Virus record (IMG/VR): IMGVR_UViG_3300028591_000077
Direction: 5' to 3' (one strand)
Source of the DNA: a virus
Lineage: Duplodnaviria > Heunggongvirae > Uroviricota > Caudoviricetes
DNA length: 31,098 nucleotides
Part shown: positions 1-10,835 of the stretch, in pieces
Numbering within the stretch: the first letter of the stretch is position 1
Layout: each line of letters starts with the position of its first letter
Made by a program: the position numbers and the translations under genes
The notes under the pieces: generated by a model
What the model was told of the DNA's origin: nothing
Database searches by the model: none
What the model saw: only the letters and a program-made list of their open reading frames with translations

Positions 1-1
1 C

Positions 2-712
2 GACCCTGATAAAGATGGAAAAGATGATGAAAAATATGCATGTCCAGGCTCTGGTGGCGGCGGTGGTGGCATCCTATGAGGTGTTATAAATCTTACCGGT
101 AGTGACGCAAATCATGGCTATAAAATAACCGTTGGAGCAGGTGGTAGCTGTGGAAAAAATGCTAGAGCTGGTAAAAATATTTTAGGTGCAACCGGTGGAA
201 ATGGTGGAACAACTACCCTTTTAGCTAATTTTTCAGACTGATCCACTAGTAGCACTGGCTATAAAACTCTTGCACAAGCACATGGTGGAAGCGGCGGTAA
301 TTATGGCCACTGGACTGGTGTAATTGGTGGAGGAGCTGGTGGAACATGTGAATACGACGATCGTTGCAAAAACCGTTGAGTATATCTTGGAGATAGCAAT
401 GGTGGTTCAGGAGCTAGCTGTGACCAAAATAATGACACCTGAAGTGAAGGAACTGATTTTGCAGTTATGTTCCTAAATGATGAATCTGAAAATGGTTCTT
501 ATACTTTAAAGGTTACAAACAATGGTATTAAAGCCTCACGTTCAGCAGATATTAATGCTAAAATCCCTGGTGGTTGTTCTTATGGAAGAGGCTCTAATCC
601 GGGAGGCAGTGCTAATGCTCAATATGGTGGTGGCGGTGCGAATTGTGGCGCTGACGATTCTACTTACACCGCTGGTAGCGGTGCTAAGGGCTATTGAGCG
701 ATTTTTTACTAA
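2..712 (+). CDS. Glycine-rich tail-fibre-type protein, C-terminal part (5' truncated; TGA=Trp)
   Basis: Frame open from nt 2 to TAA 710-712 if TGA at 77, 239, 377, 440 and 695 is Trp. GGGGGG, TVGAGG and GGNGGTT motifs and a GSGAKGYWAIFY end are typical of Gly-rich phage tail domains. Confidence 0.75.
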
Positions 713-801
713 TAAATAAATTATTATTTATATAATATATTATAAATTACATATTAATAATATTATTAAAATATATATTGTATAATATAAAAGGAGATTA
801 T

Positions 802-1248
802 ATGGCATTATTATTACAAAATAAAACATATTTAAAAGTATATAAAAACGGTGCCTTTGAAATATATAAGACAAAAGCTTCAAGAAATAGATTTAAAAAA
901 GCCACATCTCCACAAGAAGTTATTGATAAATATAATGAAATATTAAATAGCTTTATGAATAATGTTTCTCGTGAGCAAGCATACTATGACCCAAATGCTT
1001 TCTCAGACGATGCCATTGCTTGACAAGATGAAGCCTATAGATATTATAAAAACTTAACAAATTATAATACTGCTGAAGAATATCCATTGATGTCACAATA
1101 TATTCAAGATGTCAAAGATACGATTCCAGAGCTTGTCGAGTCAGGTGAAATATGAGTTCCTGATACTTGCAAAAATGTTAAAGATGTTTATGAATATATA
1201 AAGGAATATGAAATGTTTGGGCCAACAACAGAAGTAAAGGATGTTTAA
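802..1248 (+). CDS. Hypothetical protein, 148 aa (TGA=Trp)
   Basis: AAGGAG RBS before ATG 802; in-frame TGA at 1021 and 1153; TAA 1246-1248 abuts the next ATG at 1251. Confidence 0.8.
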
Positions 1249-1250
1249 AA

Positions 1251-1925
1251 ATGAAAGATTTAAGTATTTATGCAGTTCCAATGGTTCCTTCTAAGGGACA
1301 AAATCCAGATATTATGAAAAAGCAATTTGTCTGGAGAAAAACAGGCGTTTATGATGGCAACAGCGAAATTGTCGTTGCTCTTATGGAAGAGCCTATCTGG
1401 TGGAATAGACCATTAGAATCTGATAATTTATGTAAATTAGAACCAGATGGTATTTATAGTTATAATTTACCATTCTTATGGGATAGAGGATTATATAAAT
1501 CAGGCTATAACCTTTTATTAAATAAAAATTCCGTGCCTGTTGCAGCACAAATAAAAATCAATCCAAATTGGACCGCTGCTCAATTAAATTTATTACATCA
1601 TTTTATGATCAACGCCGCCTATGATGCTTTATTAGCTTTAGGTGTTGATGCTAAGAGATTAGAAAAAGTTCATAATGATTTATTATTTGATGGTAAGAAA
1701 TTTATGGGTGGTGAAGAAATTGAGCGTGGTGGCTGGTTTACTTCAGACTACATTATTACAATGCAATATAAGCCTGAAAAAGAAATCTTTGATAGATTAA
1801 CTGGTGAATTTGCTCAAAAACGTGGCATTACTGGTATTATTGAAGAAACTAATTTATTTACCAAAGAAGAATTTACCACAAAACTTTTAGAAAAAATTAA
1901 AGCTATTTTTGATCAATTAGATTAA
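1251..1925 (+). CDS. Biotin/lipoate-protein ligase (BPL/LplA/LipB) catalytic-domain-like protein
   Basis: HNDLLFDGKKFMGGE matches the family NDxxxxGxKxxG motif; the canonical RRxSGGG loop is not evident. Confidence 0.6.
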   Translation: MKDLSIYAVPMVPSKGQNPDIMKKQFVWRKTGVYDGNSEIVVALMEEPIWWNRPLESDNLCKLEPDGIYSYNLPFLWDRGLYKSGYNLLLNKNSVPVAAQIKINPNWTAAQLNLLHHFMINAAYDALLALGVDAKRLEKVHNDLLFDGKKFMGGEEIERGGWFTSDYIITMQYKPEKEIFDRLTGEFAQKRGITGIIEETNLFTKEEFTTKLLEKIKAIFDQLD

Positions 1926-1941
1926 TTAAATGTCATTAAAA

Positions 1942-1978
1942 ATAAAATAAAAAGCCATTAATTGGCTTTTTATTTTAT
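1942..1978. terminator. Bidirectional intrinsic terminator
   Basis: 16-bp perfect inverted repeat ATAAAATAAAAAGCCA-ttaat-TGGCTTTTTATTTTAT. Confidence 0.8.
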
Positions 1979-2069
1979 GTATATAAAAAATAGATTTATT
2001 AAATTTATTTTTTATAGTATTTGCTAAATTATATGATAAAGCCTATAATAGGAGGTTTAATGATATTAT

Positions 2070-5000
2070 ATGATTACAAAAGGTATAATTACTGCTATCG
2101 ATTTAACAGGCAATACTTGTAAAGTTCGTATGCCTCTTTTTGAAACCGCTGGGAATGACCCTATCATTGGTGATGCTACAATTTCAAATACTCCTGGAAG
2201 CTATAATGGCTATAAGGTAAATGATGTTGTTTGGGTTGCTTTTGAAGATGGTCAAATGGACACCCCAGTAGTTATAGGCAAATTATACTTAGGTGTTGAA
2301 CGAGAAAAGAGTGACCCTCGTGGCGTTTTAAATGTTGTAGATTCTAGTGTAAGTAAGTCAGCTACAATTCCAGCTGATACAAAGCTTGGTGCAGAACTTG
2401 ATAAGAATGTTCCAAATACTACTGTTCCATATAATTCATTATTCAGCATTGCAACTAATGTAAGTGCACTTAGAACTGATGTAGATCAAAATGATAGATT
2501 TTATAATAATAAATTTACATCCATCATTAATGGTGTTGATGAGTGGGGAAATAAGTTATCTTCTATCATTGAGCAAACAGAGAAAGACATCAGAGCTGAA
2601 GTTAAAGGAAAAGTTCCTAAATATTCTTCAGATGATGCTGAATATGAAACAGGCTTTGGTTGGGATTTGACAGCCAGAGGTTGGAACGTATATAGACGTT
2701 CAAATAAAGATGACAAACCAAATAGCGAAAATTTATTTGTATCAATAAAAGCCATTAAAGAACTTGGACATGGTACTTATTTTTTCACAAACAGTAAATA
2801 CTGAAACAAGGTTTATTTATTTGCTTGGAAATCTACTGCTACAAATTCTCAAAACGCTGTATGGCCTGGTGTTGAATTAACAAATATAGTAGACAAAAAC
2901 GCGTATGAACAGAATATTTATAAATTTACATTAAACACTGAGCTATATGATTATATTATTTTTAATGATGGCACTAGCAGCTTTCCAACAAACCAAACCG
3001 TTAATATTTATGCATTAGGTTTAATAGGAAATAATAATGCTTGGTATGTTACTGATGAAAAAGATACAGAAGGTTCATCAGCAACCAGAAATGTCTGGAA
3101 GGCTGGACAGTGGCCTAAACCTGATGCTTCTGGTGATGATACTCGTGAATATGTAGATTATATCATGATTAATGATGCTATGACAGGAAGACTAGCATCT
3201 ACTTTGGTTATTGAAGAAGGTGAGACTTTAACAGAAGCGCTTTTAAAACTAAAAAGCGGAATTACTTGGGATGACTCTGCAAAACTTTGGAGATGGCCAG
3301 CAAATGATATCCCAGAATATGCAAATAAAACAATTAATATACCAGCAATCGCTGTTGACAGACGAAATATTTTAAGTGCTGATGAAAATGGTTTATCAGT
3401 TTATGGAACAATCAAAGCTACTGATGGCTTGATTGGAGAATTTAATATTGGTAAACGTCATGATTGCACAGCACTTGGACAACTAGCTTCTGGTATATAC
3501 ACGACAGGATATAAAGATACCAGCGGCAAACAAATCGAATCCTTTGAGCAAATACCAGCTACAAATGCAAAAGGCGTTTATGTTGGAACAGACGGCATTA
3601 GACTTGGTAGTAATTTTAGCGTTAGCACAACTGGCGAAGTTGTTGCCTCCGATATTACACTTACTGGCTATCCAACAGATGAGGAATTATCAGCGGCTAT
3701 CACGACAAAGAACGCAACATATTATGAGACTAAAGCAAATGATCCAGCTGTAGTCCACAGCGATACTATAAAAAAAGGTGATATTTGATTTATTACAGAT
3801 GCTGCAGATGGCGAAGAAACGATGAAACAATGAGATGGCACCAGCTGGCAAAATATAGGTGGTACTCTATTAGCAAAAACGCTAACTACAGAAATCCTAA
3901 ATGCAAAAAACATCTCAGCAAATTCATTGACTGTTAGAGATGCAGGCGATACCGGAAATCTAATATTCAGCGCAAATGACGCACAAAGCGGAACTACAAA
4001 TGCTGTTATAATGGGTGGTGAAGTACTACGTTATGGCTTACGTGTAAGCGCTACTAGCATGAATACTGCTGGTCTTGATCAATATACTGGTGGCGTTGGC
4101 TTTAATACAAGTGTTGAGAAGGCAGGTGCCTATAGAGCATACGTCCGTATGTATGATGCAAGAAAATATATAAACCTTTATGATATTGTTATTAAAGTTG
4201 TTAATATGAATGATCATAACACAATATATGGAACCGGTAGTATTGAAAGCTTTGACTATTGAAGTGATACAGATGTATATGCTTTATTTGATGTAAATAT
4301 ACCAGAAGGAATGATTGGCAAATATCTTTATCTCATAATTGAGGCTACACAAAGTAGCACCAGTCATTATAGTGACTATAAAATAGAAGGTGCATTATCA
4401 TTAAAAAACGTCGGATTTAGGGTTACAAACGGCATGATCAATGCCGGGGAAAACGGTTTTTATGGAAATATACTATTATCATCTGTGGGCACTCATGGTG
4501 TAGCCATGGACGAGTCACGTGATGACTGAACACTAAAAATAGGCCCAAATTTTGGCATAACATCTTTAGGTGACATTTATGCAAAAGAAGGAAAAATAGG
4601 TGGTTGAGAACTTACTAAAGATCATTTAATAAAGCAAGTGCCAGACCCAGACCGCACTGGAGAAAAGATTGCTGGCGTTATGCTGAATTCATCAGTCGCA
4701 GAAAAAGATGATGTAGCAATACGTACCCCATTCAGCATTGAAGGTGGATTATTTAAGTTTATTAGCAAATATATACCTGTAGGAGGTCTTGGCAGAAGCG
4801 TGTATGATGGCGGCATCTCACTAGATGATGGACTTTATTACGCATCTGGCTCTGGCGAGCGTATTGTTTATTCATATTTTAATATCTCATTAGCTCATTT
4901 ATGCCAAGCATTATATTGATATAGCGGTGAAAATGGTCTTATTGAAAATCCACGAATGTATGGCTCCGATAGAGCATGAATGCCAATTCGATGCACTAAG

Positions 5001-5249
5001 TATACCACAAGTAACGAGAGTGGCAGCAGAACATGGACAATAACCGCCGCTGATGCATATGCTTCAAAAATTATAGCTGCCATTTGTTACAACCGCGACG
5101 TTAAAGATGTCAGCGTTGCAGATGATGGCGGCTCGGTAACAATAACAACGATTAGTTCAGAAACATCAATATCTGCGTTAGTTTTCAGCATTAACTATAA
5201 TGACAATAAATGAGCGAAAAAATGGCAGTCAAATACTAGTGCCAGTTAA
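2070..5249 (+). CDS. Baseplate spike/tail fibre protein, 1059 aa (TGA=Trp), with Gp5/gpV-like OB-fold N-terminus and internal CBM26-like domain
   Basis: The track ORFs at 2070, 3165, 3927, 4311, 4638 and 4980 share one frame. They are joined by TGA at 2802, 3786, 3831, 4260, 4527, 4605, 4917, 4977 and 5211, ending at TAA 5247-5249. Motifs: DVVWVAFEDGQMDTPVVIGKLY, GDI[W]F...KQ[W]DGTSW, GKIGG[W]EL. Confidence 0.85.
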
Positions 5250-5273
5250 AATTAGTAGAAAGGTATATTAAAT

Positions 5274-5666
5274 ATGATTTATTATATACAGGATAAGAAC
5301 ACAAAAGCAATAACCTCAGCGATTTGTGCAGAACCACAGAATAAAATAGCCGACTTTGCAGCTTATGAAATCTGCCGAGAAGAAGATTTCGATATAGTCA
5401 ACGGCTTCGACGGCAAGCGCTATTTTAGAAAGGACACAGAAAGCCCAGAGTATTTAAAGCGCAAAGAAGAGCACCTCAAAGCTAGAGATATAGAAGACCT
5501 AAGAAAAAAGCGCGAAGAAGAGTGTTTTTCAGTAATAAATAGAGGAACTCTGTGGTATGAACAATTAACTGCAGAACAAAAAAACGATTTAAAAAATTGA
5601 TATAATGCCTGACTAGATGTAACAGATACAAAAAAAGCACCTGCAAAACCAGAATGATTAAATTAA
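5274..5666 (+). CDS. Tail-fibre-associated small protein (assembly-chaperone-like), 130 aa (TGA=Trp)
   Basis: Readthrough of TGA 5598, 5610 and 5655 gives LTAEQKNDLKN[W]YNA[W]LDVTDTKKAPAKPE[W]LN, a C-terminal motif I recognise from proteins downstream of Firmicutes phage tail fibres. Confidence 0.75.
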
Positions 5667-5705
5667 AAACAAGCTGTAGAGCTTACTAAAATAAAAGAAA
5701 TTATT

Positions 5706-5730
5706 AAGAAGGCTTAAAAACCTTCTTTTT
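5706..5730 (+). terminator. Intrinsic terminator ending the tail module
   Basis: AAGAAGG-cttaaaaa-CCTTCTT followed by a T tract. Confidence 0.7.
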
Positions 5731-5770
5731 ATTATCTCTAATATCGTATAATATTATGAGGTAATTTTAA

Positions 5771-6616
5771 ATGGCTGAAGAAATTAAAATACAAAACGTT
5801 ACAACTGAAGAGCTTAGATTCGGTCAACAAATGGAAAAAGCTGAAGATAAGCAACGACTTATAGAATTAGTTATTAAACTTGGATGCAAGCATGCGCTTG
5901 ACCTAGGTGCAGGCACTGGATTTATTGCTAAGCAATTAAGTTTGAATGGCGTAAAAGCCGATGCAGTTGATTGCAACTTCAAAACAGAAAGCTATCAAAA
6001 TACTGAAATGCTTACTTACTATCCGACAGACTTGCTCAAATATGTTGAGTCAACAGAGAAAACCTATGATTGCATTATCCTTAGCGCTGTCCTTCATGAG
6101 CTTCCTCCAAAAGTCCGTAAGAGACTTCAAAAGGGGTTAAGGAGAATCGCAGATAAAAACCATTGTTTGATTCTTATTCGTGAACCTTACTATGAAAAAA
6201 TGAAGGATGGCAGAATTCGTCCATATTTGAGCTTAGAGACACAAAAATCCATTGCTACTGAAATCGAACTACTCACTCCAGAAAAAGATGTGTATGAGTT
6301 CAAAAAGACTCACAAATTAAGCTCTGGATTAATAGATACAGTTCCATCTGTAATTAAATCATTAAACCTTGTTTTTACAAGAAGCTATGGAAGCCAAAGC
6401 TGGGAACGTGAAAAGCATGAACATCGATTCGCCTTTTCAAGAAAATACCTTGAAACATGGTGTAAAGGAATTCTCGGCGTAGGAATTAAATTCACACATG
6501 AAATTTATGATAAAGACTATAAAGAATATTTTAAAAAAGCTGGTTATACACCGAACATCGCAAACGGAATCGAGTATACCAACTGCCTCATTGCAGCAGA
6601 ACTTGGAGGAAAATAA
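5771..6616 (+). CDS. Class I SAM-dependent methyltransferase, substrate unknown
   Basis: ALDLGAGTG motif I, DAVD, and YDCIILSAVLHEL motif. Confidence 0.85.
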   Translation: MAEEIKIQNVTTEELRFGQQMEKAEDKQRLIELVIKLGCKHALDLGAGTGFIAKQLSLNGVKADAVDCNFKTESYQNTEMLTYYPTDLLKYVESTEKTYDCIILSAVLHELPPKVRKRLQKGLRRIADKNHCLILIREPYYEKMKDGRIRPYLSLETQKSIATEIELLTPEKDVYEFKKTHKLSSGLIDTVPSVIKSLNLVFTRSYGSQSWEREKHEHRFAFSRKYLETWCKGILGVGIKFTHEIYDKDYKEYFKKAGYTPNIANGIEYTNCLIAAELGGK

Positions 6617-6617
6617 T

Positions 6618-7196
6618 ATGGGAAAGAAAGACCCTTTAAATACTTTAGGTGCAACAAACCATAGCAGAAAAGAACGTAGTGTCTTAGATTACTATGGGAC
6701 AAACCCTGAGGCCGTAAAACAACTACTAGCCAAAGAAAAGTTCAGTCATTTGATTTGGGAGCCTACTTCAGGGCATAACAATATCACAAATGTTTTAAGA
6801 GAATCTGGATATGATGTTATGGCTACCGATATTTATGACTATGGCTGTCAAGACAAAATTATGGATTTCTTAGAATATAATGCCAGAGGCGTCGATCGTT
6901 GTGATATTATTATGAATCCACCTTATTATGACGCAGAACCATTTGTTACAAAAGCATTAGAAGCAGTCGCACCTGGTTATAAAGTCGCCGCATTCTTACG
7001 CCTTCTTTTCTTAGAAGGACAAAGCCGTTATAATAATATTTTTAAAGACAATCCTCCCAAGACAATCTATGTTTTCAGTAAACGTCAAGTATGTTCAAAA
7101 GTAGATGATTTCACCGAAGGTTCAGCTGTCGCCTACTGTTGGATAGTGTGGGAAAAAGGTCACAAGGGTTCTCCTGAGATTAAGTGGATTGCCTAA
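6618..7196 (+). CDS. Phage DNA (amino-)methyltransferase, NPPY type
   Basis: GGAGG RBS before ATG 6618; DYYGT.PEAV..LL, IWEPTSG and DIIMNPPY motifs. Confidence 0.75.
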   Translation: MGKKDPLNTLGATNHSRKERSVLDYYGTNPEAVKQLLAKEKFSHLIWEPTSGHNNITNVLRESGYDVMATDIYDYGCQDKIMDFLEYNARGVDRCDIIMNPPYYDAEPFVTKALEAVAPGYKVAAFLRLLFLEGQSRYNNIFKDNPPKTIYVFSKRQVCSKVDDFTEGSAVAYCWIVWEKGHKGSPEIKWIA

Positions 7197-7298
7197 ATAA
7201 ATTGGCTAAATTAAATGATATAAAATAGTTTTGAAATGCCCCAGAGGATGGGGCTTTCTTAGCCTTTTTAAGATACATCACAGAGAGGAAATAGATAA

Positions 7299-9539
7299 AT
7301 GGTAGTAGTAAAAAGAGACGGTACTGCTGTTGATTTTAATAGCCAAAAAATCAGAGCAGCTATCACAAAAGCAAACGCAAGAACAAACGAAATGAACGAT
7401 GAAGACATTGAAAGAATCGTCACAATCGCAGAAAACAAATGCATTAGACTTGGCGAAAAATTCAGTGTCGAAGACATTCAAGATATAGTAGAAGATACAT
7501 TATTAAAAAGTAAGTTCAATAGAACTGCAAAATCTTATATCTTATATAGAGATGAAAGAACAAGAAATAGACAAATAAAAACAAAGCTAATGAAAGACAT
7601 TAGCAAAAAATTAAATGCAACAAACATCGTAAACCAAAATGCAAATGTTGATGAGCACTCTTTTGGCGGTCGTAAAGGTGAAGCTGATAATGAATTAATG
7701 AAGTGGTTTGCTCTTAACAATATTGTTTCTAAAAAGAGCAGAGATAACCATTTAAACAACGAAATCTATATACACGATTTAGACTCTTATGCAGTCGGTA
7801 TGCATAACTGCTTATCAATTCCATTTGATAAACTATTAGCAGAAGGTTTTGAGACAAGACAAACAGACGTCCGTCCTGCGGGTTCAATTAACACAGCTTT
7901 CCAATTAGTTGCTGTTATATTTCAATTACAAAGCTTACAGCAATTCGGCGGTGTTGCCGCAACCCACTTAGACTGGACAATGGTTCCTTATGTTAGAAAA
8001 AGCTTTCTAAAGCATTATATTTTTGAGTATTTAAAAGATACTGAAGAATTCTATAATCTCAATCTTGAATCATTGTCTGATGAAGAAATCGACGACTGGG
8101 TTAAAGAAAACAAACATAAATATCTTGATATGTGGCAACGTAAAGAAGAAGACTTCTATATTGGCAATGAAGACTTAGACAGACGTTTCTATCAAAAAGC
8201 ATTATTCGAAACACGTAGAGAATTAATGCAAGCAGTTGAAGGTATGTATCATAACCTAAATACTCTTCAATCAAGAAGTGGCAATCAACTTCCGTTCACT
8301 TCAATTAACTACGGAACCTGCACCTTACCTGAGGGTAGAATGGTCATCAGAGCTTTATTAGAAGGAAGTTTGAACGGTGTTGGTCACCTACATAAGACTC
8401 CAATATTCCCTTGTGGAATTTTCCAAAAGATGAAAGGGGTTAATGATAAAGGTTCGCCAAACTATGATTTATATCAATTAGCTCTTAAATCTACAGCAAA
8501 ACGTTTATATCCAAACTATGCGAATGTAGACTGGAGTAACAATGCAGGTTATGACAGAAATGACCCAGCAACCTACTTTAGCACAATGGGTTGCAGAACT
8601 GCTAATGGTGCAGACATTAATGCTGAACCAGGAGTCAACCCACAAACCAAAGATGGTCGTGGTAATTTATGTCCTGTCACAATCATTATGCCTACTCTTG
8701 CCATGGAAGCCGGCGGAGATGTTGATTCCTTCTTGGCTATCTTAGATACTAAGATTCATGAAGCAAAAGACATGCTTATCGAACGTTATGAATACATGTG
8801 TTCTCAAGATGCCTCATCAGCAAAATTCATGTATAAGAATGGAACAATGATGGGCTATCATCCTGAAGAAGGAATTAGAAGTGCATTAAGACATGGCACA
8901 CTGGTTATTGGTCAGTTGGGTCTTGCCGAAACATTACAAATTCTTATTGGTAAAAACCACTTAACTCCAGAAGGAATGCAATTAGCAAAGCGTATTGAAC
9001 AATTATTCAAAGACAGATGCGCAGAATTTAAACAAAAATATAAATTAAACTTTGGCGTTTATTATACTCCAGCAGAAAACTTATGTTATACTGCTATGAA
9101 AAAATTCAAAGAAAGATATGGAGAAATTCCAAATGTATCTGACAGAGATTATTTTACTAATAGTATTCATGTTCCTGTTTGGGAAAAAGTTGATCCATTC
9201 GAAAAAATCGATATTGAGTCTCAACTAACTGGTTATTCAAATGCTGGCTGTATCACTTATGTTGAATTAGAGGGAGCAGTTATTAGTAATCTCGAAGCTT
9301 TGGAAGCCATCGTAGACTATGCTATGGAAAAAGATATTCCATATTTTGCAGTCAACGTTCCTAATGACACTTGCTTATCTTGTGGTTATACAGGTGAATT
9401 CAACGACAAATGCCCAATGTGCGGTTCAGAAGATATTCAACAACTCAGAAGAGTTACAGGATATCTTACTGGCAACTACAAAACTGCCTTCAATTATGGA
9501 AAACAAAAAGAAGTTGAAGATAGAGTAAAACACGCATAA
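7299..9539 (+). CDS. nrdD: Anaerobic (class III) ribonucleoside-triphosphate reductase with N-terminal ATP cone
   Basis: VVKRDG ATP cone, IYIHDLD, TMGCRT, CLSCG/CPMCG zinc site and RRVTGYL glycyl-radical motif. Confidence 0.97.
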   Translation: MVVVKRDGTAVDFNSQKIRAAITKANARTNEMNDEDIERIVTIAENKCIRLGEKFSVEDIQDIVEDTLLKSKFNRTAKSYILYRDERTRNRQIKTKLMKDISKKLNATNIVNQNANVDEHSFGGRKGEADNELMKWFALNNIVSKKSRDNHLNNEIYIHDLDSYAVGMHNCLSIPFDKLLAEGFETRQTDVRPAGSINTAFQLVAVIFQLQSLQQFGGVAATHLDWTMVPYVRKSFLKHYIFEYLKDTEEFYNLNLESLSDEEIDDWVKENKHKYLDMWQRKEEDFYIGNEDLDRRFYQKALFETRRELMQAVEGMYHNLNTLQSRSGNQLPFTSINYGTCTLPEGRMVIRALLEGSLNGVGHLHKTPIFPCGIFQKMKGVNDKGSPNYDLYQLALKSTAKRLYPNYANVDWSNNAGYDRNDPATYFSTMGCRTANGADINAEPGVNPQTKDGRGNLCPVTIIMPTLAMEAGGDVDSFLAILDTKIHEAKDMLIERYEYMCSQDASSAKFMYKNGTMMGYHPEEGIRSALRHGTLVIGQLGLAETLQILIGKNHLTPEGMQLAKRIEQLFKDRCAEFKQKYKLNFGVYYTPAENLCYTAMKKFKERYGEIPNVSDRDYFTNSIHVPVWEKVDPFEKIDIESQLTGYSNAGCITYVELEGAVISNLEALEAIVDYAMEKDIPYFAVNVPNDTCLSCGYTGEFNDKCPMCGSEDIQQLRRVTGYLTGNYKTAFNYGKQKEVEDRVKHA

Positions 9540-9552
9540 GAGGCAAATTGTT

Positions 9553-10092
9553 ATGTATTATAGTAAAATTTATAAATCATCTATTTTAGATGGCCCTGGG
9601 GTCAGGGTTGCACTATATGTCAGCGGTTGCAGAAACCACTGCGAAGGATGCCATAATCCAGAATCTTGGAATTTCACTTTCGGAAAAGAGTTCACACAAG
9701 ATGACGCAACTAAAATCTTTGAATTGCTGGAGCGTCCATATTGTGCAGGATTGTCTATTGTTGGTGGTGAACCATTTGAAGAGGAAAACCAAAAAGTTTT
9801 ACTAAAGTTAGTTAAAATAGCAAAAGACCTTTGTCCAGAAAAAACTATCTGGTGCTGGACTGGCTATGAACTAGAAGAGCTTGTTATCGGCGGAAGAAAG
9901 CATACAGAATATACCAAAGCATTGCTTGATAATATAGATGTTTTAGTAGAAGGAAAATTCATATTGGCAGAGCGTGATATTTCTGATGATAATCGCTGGA
10001 GAGGTTCTAGAAACCAAAGAGTTATCGATTTAAATGAAACCAGAAAACAAAAAACAAAGGTTTTCTTGAAAGGCATTCCAAATAATAATTAG
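9553..10092 (+). CDS. nrdG: Anaerobic RNR activating radical-SAM protein
   Basis: DGPGVRVALYVSGCRNHCEGCHNPESW, GGEPF and WRGSRNQR; adjacent to nrdD. Confidence 0.96.
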   Translation: MYYSKIYKSSILDGPGVRVALYVSGCRNHCEGCHNPESWNFTFGKEFTQDDATKIFELLERPYCAGLSIVGGEPFEEENQKVLLKLVKIAKDLCPEKTIWCWTGYELEELVIGGRKHTEYTKALLDNIDVLVEGKFILAERDISDDNRWRGSRNQRVIDLNETRKQKTKVFLKGIPNNN

Positions 10093-10114
10093 ATAATTGC
10101 TAAAAGCTATTCCA

Positions 10115-10148
10115 AATAAAAGGGCGCAAAAAATGCGCCTTTTTATTT
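10115..10148 (+). terminator. Intrinsic terminator after nrdG
   Basis: GGCGCA-aaaaa-TGCGCC followed by TTTTTATTTT. Confidence 0.8.
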
Positions 10149-10170
10149 TGTCTATATTGTATAATATAAT

Positions 10171-10587
10171 ATGAATATTTATGAAGAACTTAATAAATAT
10201 TTCAGTAAGTGTCTTGGTTTAATGATAACTCAGATGAGTGTTCAAAGCATGGAACCAGTTACTTCTTGGCTTCATGCAGGTCAAGTCGGTTTAAAAATGT
10301 ATAAAAGACAAGAATTAAAATTAGAGCTTATTCCCTTAGGCACAAATGCAGATAGAACATACGATCTTACCCTTGCTGTAGATGATTCTTTTTTTAACTG
10401 TAATAAAATTGCTTTTGATTCTGTGGAGGCAAATATTCCAGATGATATATCAGGAAGAGACAGGGTTGTTATGAGACTCGGCTATATGATTTACCAAAGT
10501 TATTTAGCTACAAAAAGTTCAGCTCAAGATTTAAAAAATTATCCAAGCTACTTAGTAGACTGGAAAGTATCAATGAGGATGATATAA
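10171..10587 (+). CDS. Hypothetical protein, probably leaderless mRNA
   Basis: 138-aa ORF; TG-TATAAT at 10158-10165 lies 5 nt before the ATG; no SD. Confidence 0.75.
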   Translation: MNIYEELNKYFSKCLGLMITQMSVQSMEPVTSWLHAGQVGLKMYKRQELKLELIPLGTNADRTYDLTLAVDDSFFNCNKIAFDSVEANIPDDISGRDRVVMRLGYMIYQSYLATKSSAQDLKNYPSYLVDWKVSMRMI

Positions 10588-10588
10588 T

Positions 10589-10822
10589 ATGGAAATTACG
10601 ACAGAACAAAAGCCAGTAATTATAAAATTAAGCCCGAGTGAATCATTAGCTATAATGAGCACTATTGTTGCTTCGTCTAAGATTCACAATATAGATACAA
10701 CTAATAAAAAAATTACATTAAAAATATATAATGATTTTTTTGTAGTTATTGTCGAAGAAAACAATAAAGTAACAAAAGAAGTATTTTCTGATAATTGGGA
10801 CTTTCATATTAAAGGAAAATAA
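10589..10822 (+). CDS. Hypothetical protein
   Basis: 77-aa ORF tightly packed in the operon. Confidence 0.7.
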   Translation: MEITTEQKPVIIKLSPSESLAIMSTIVASSKIHNIDTTNKKITLKIYNDFFVVIVEENNKVTKEVFSDNWDFHIKGK

Positions 10823-10835
10823 AAGGAGTAAAAGA

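Noticed and set aside
1-5666. Fragmented ORFs as pseudogenes or sequencing errors
   Set aside because: All breaks are the same codon (TGA), in frame, with no frameshifts, and they land on motif Trp positions.
6618-7196. PrmC/HemK release-factor methyltransferase (shares NPPY)
   Set aside because: It is short, lacks the HemK N-terminal domain, and its DYY.T/IWEP motifs fit phage DNA MTases.
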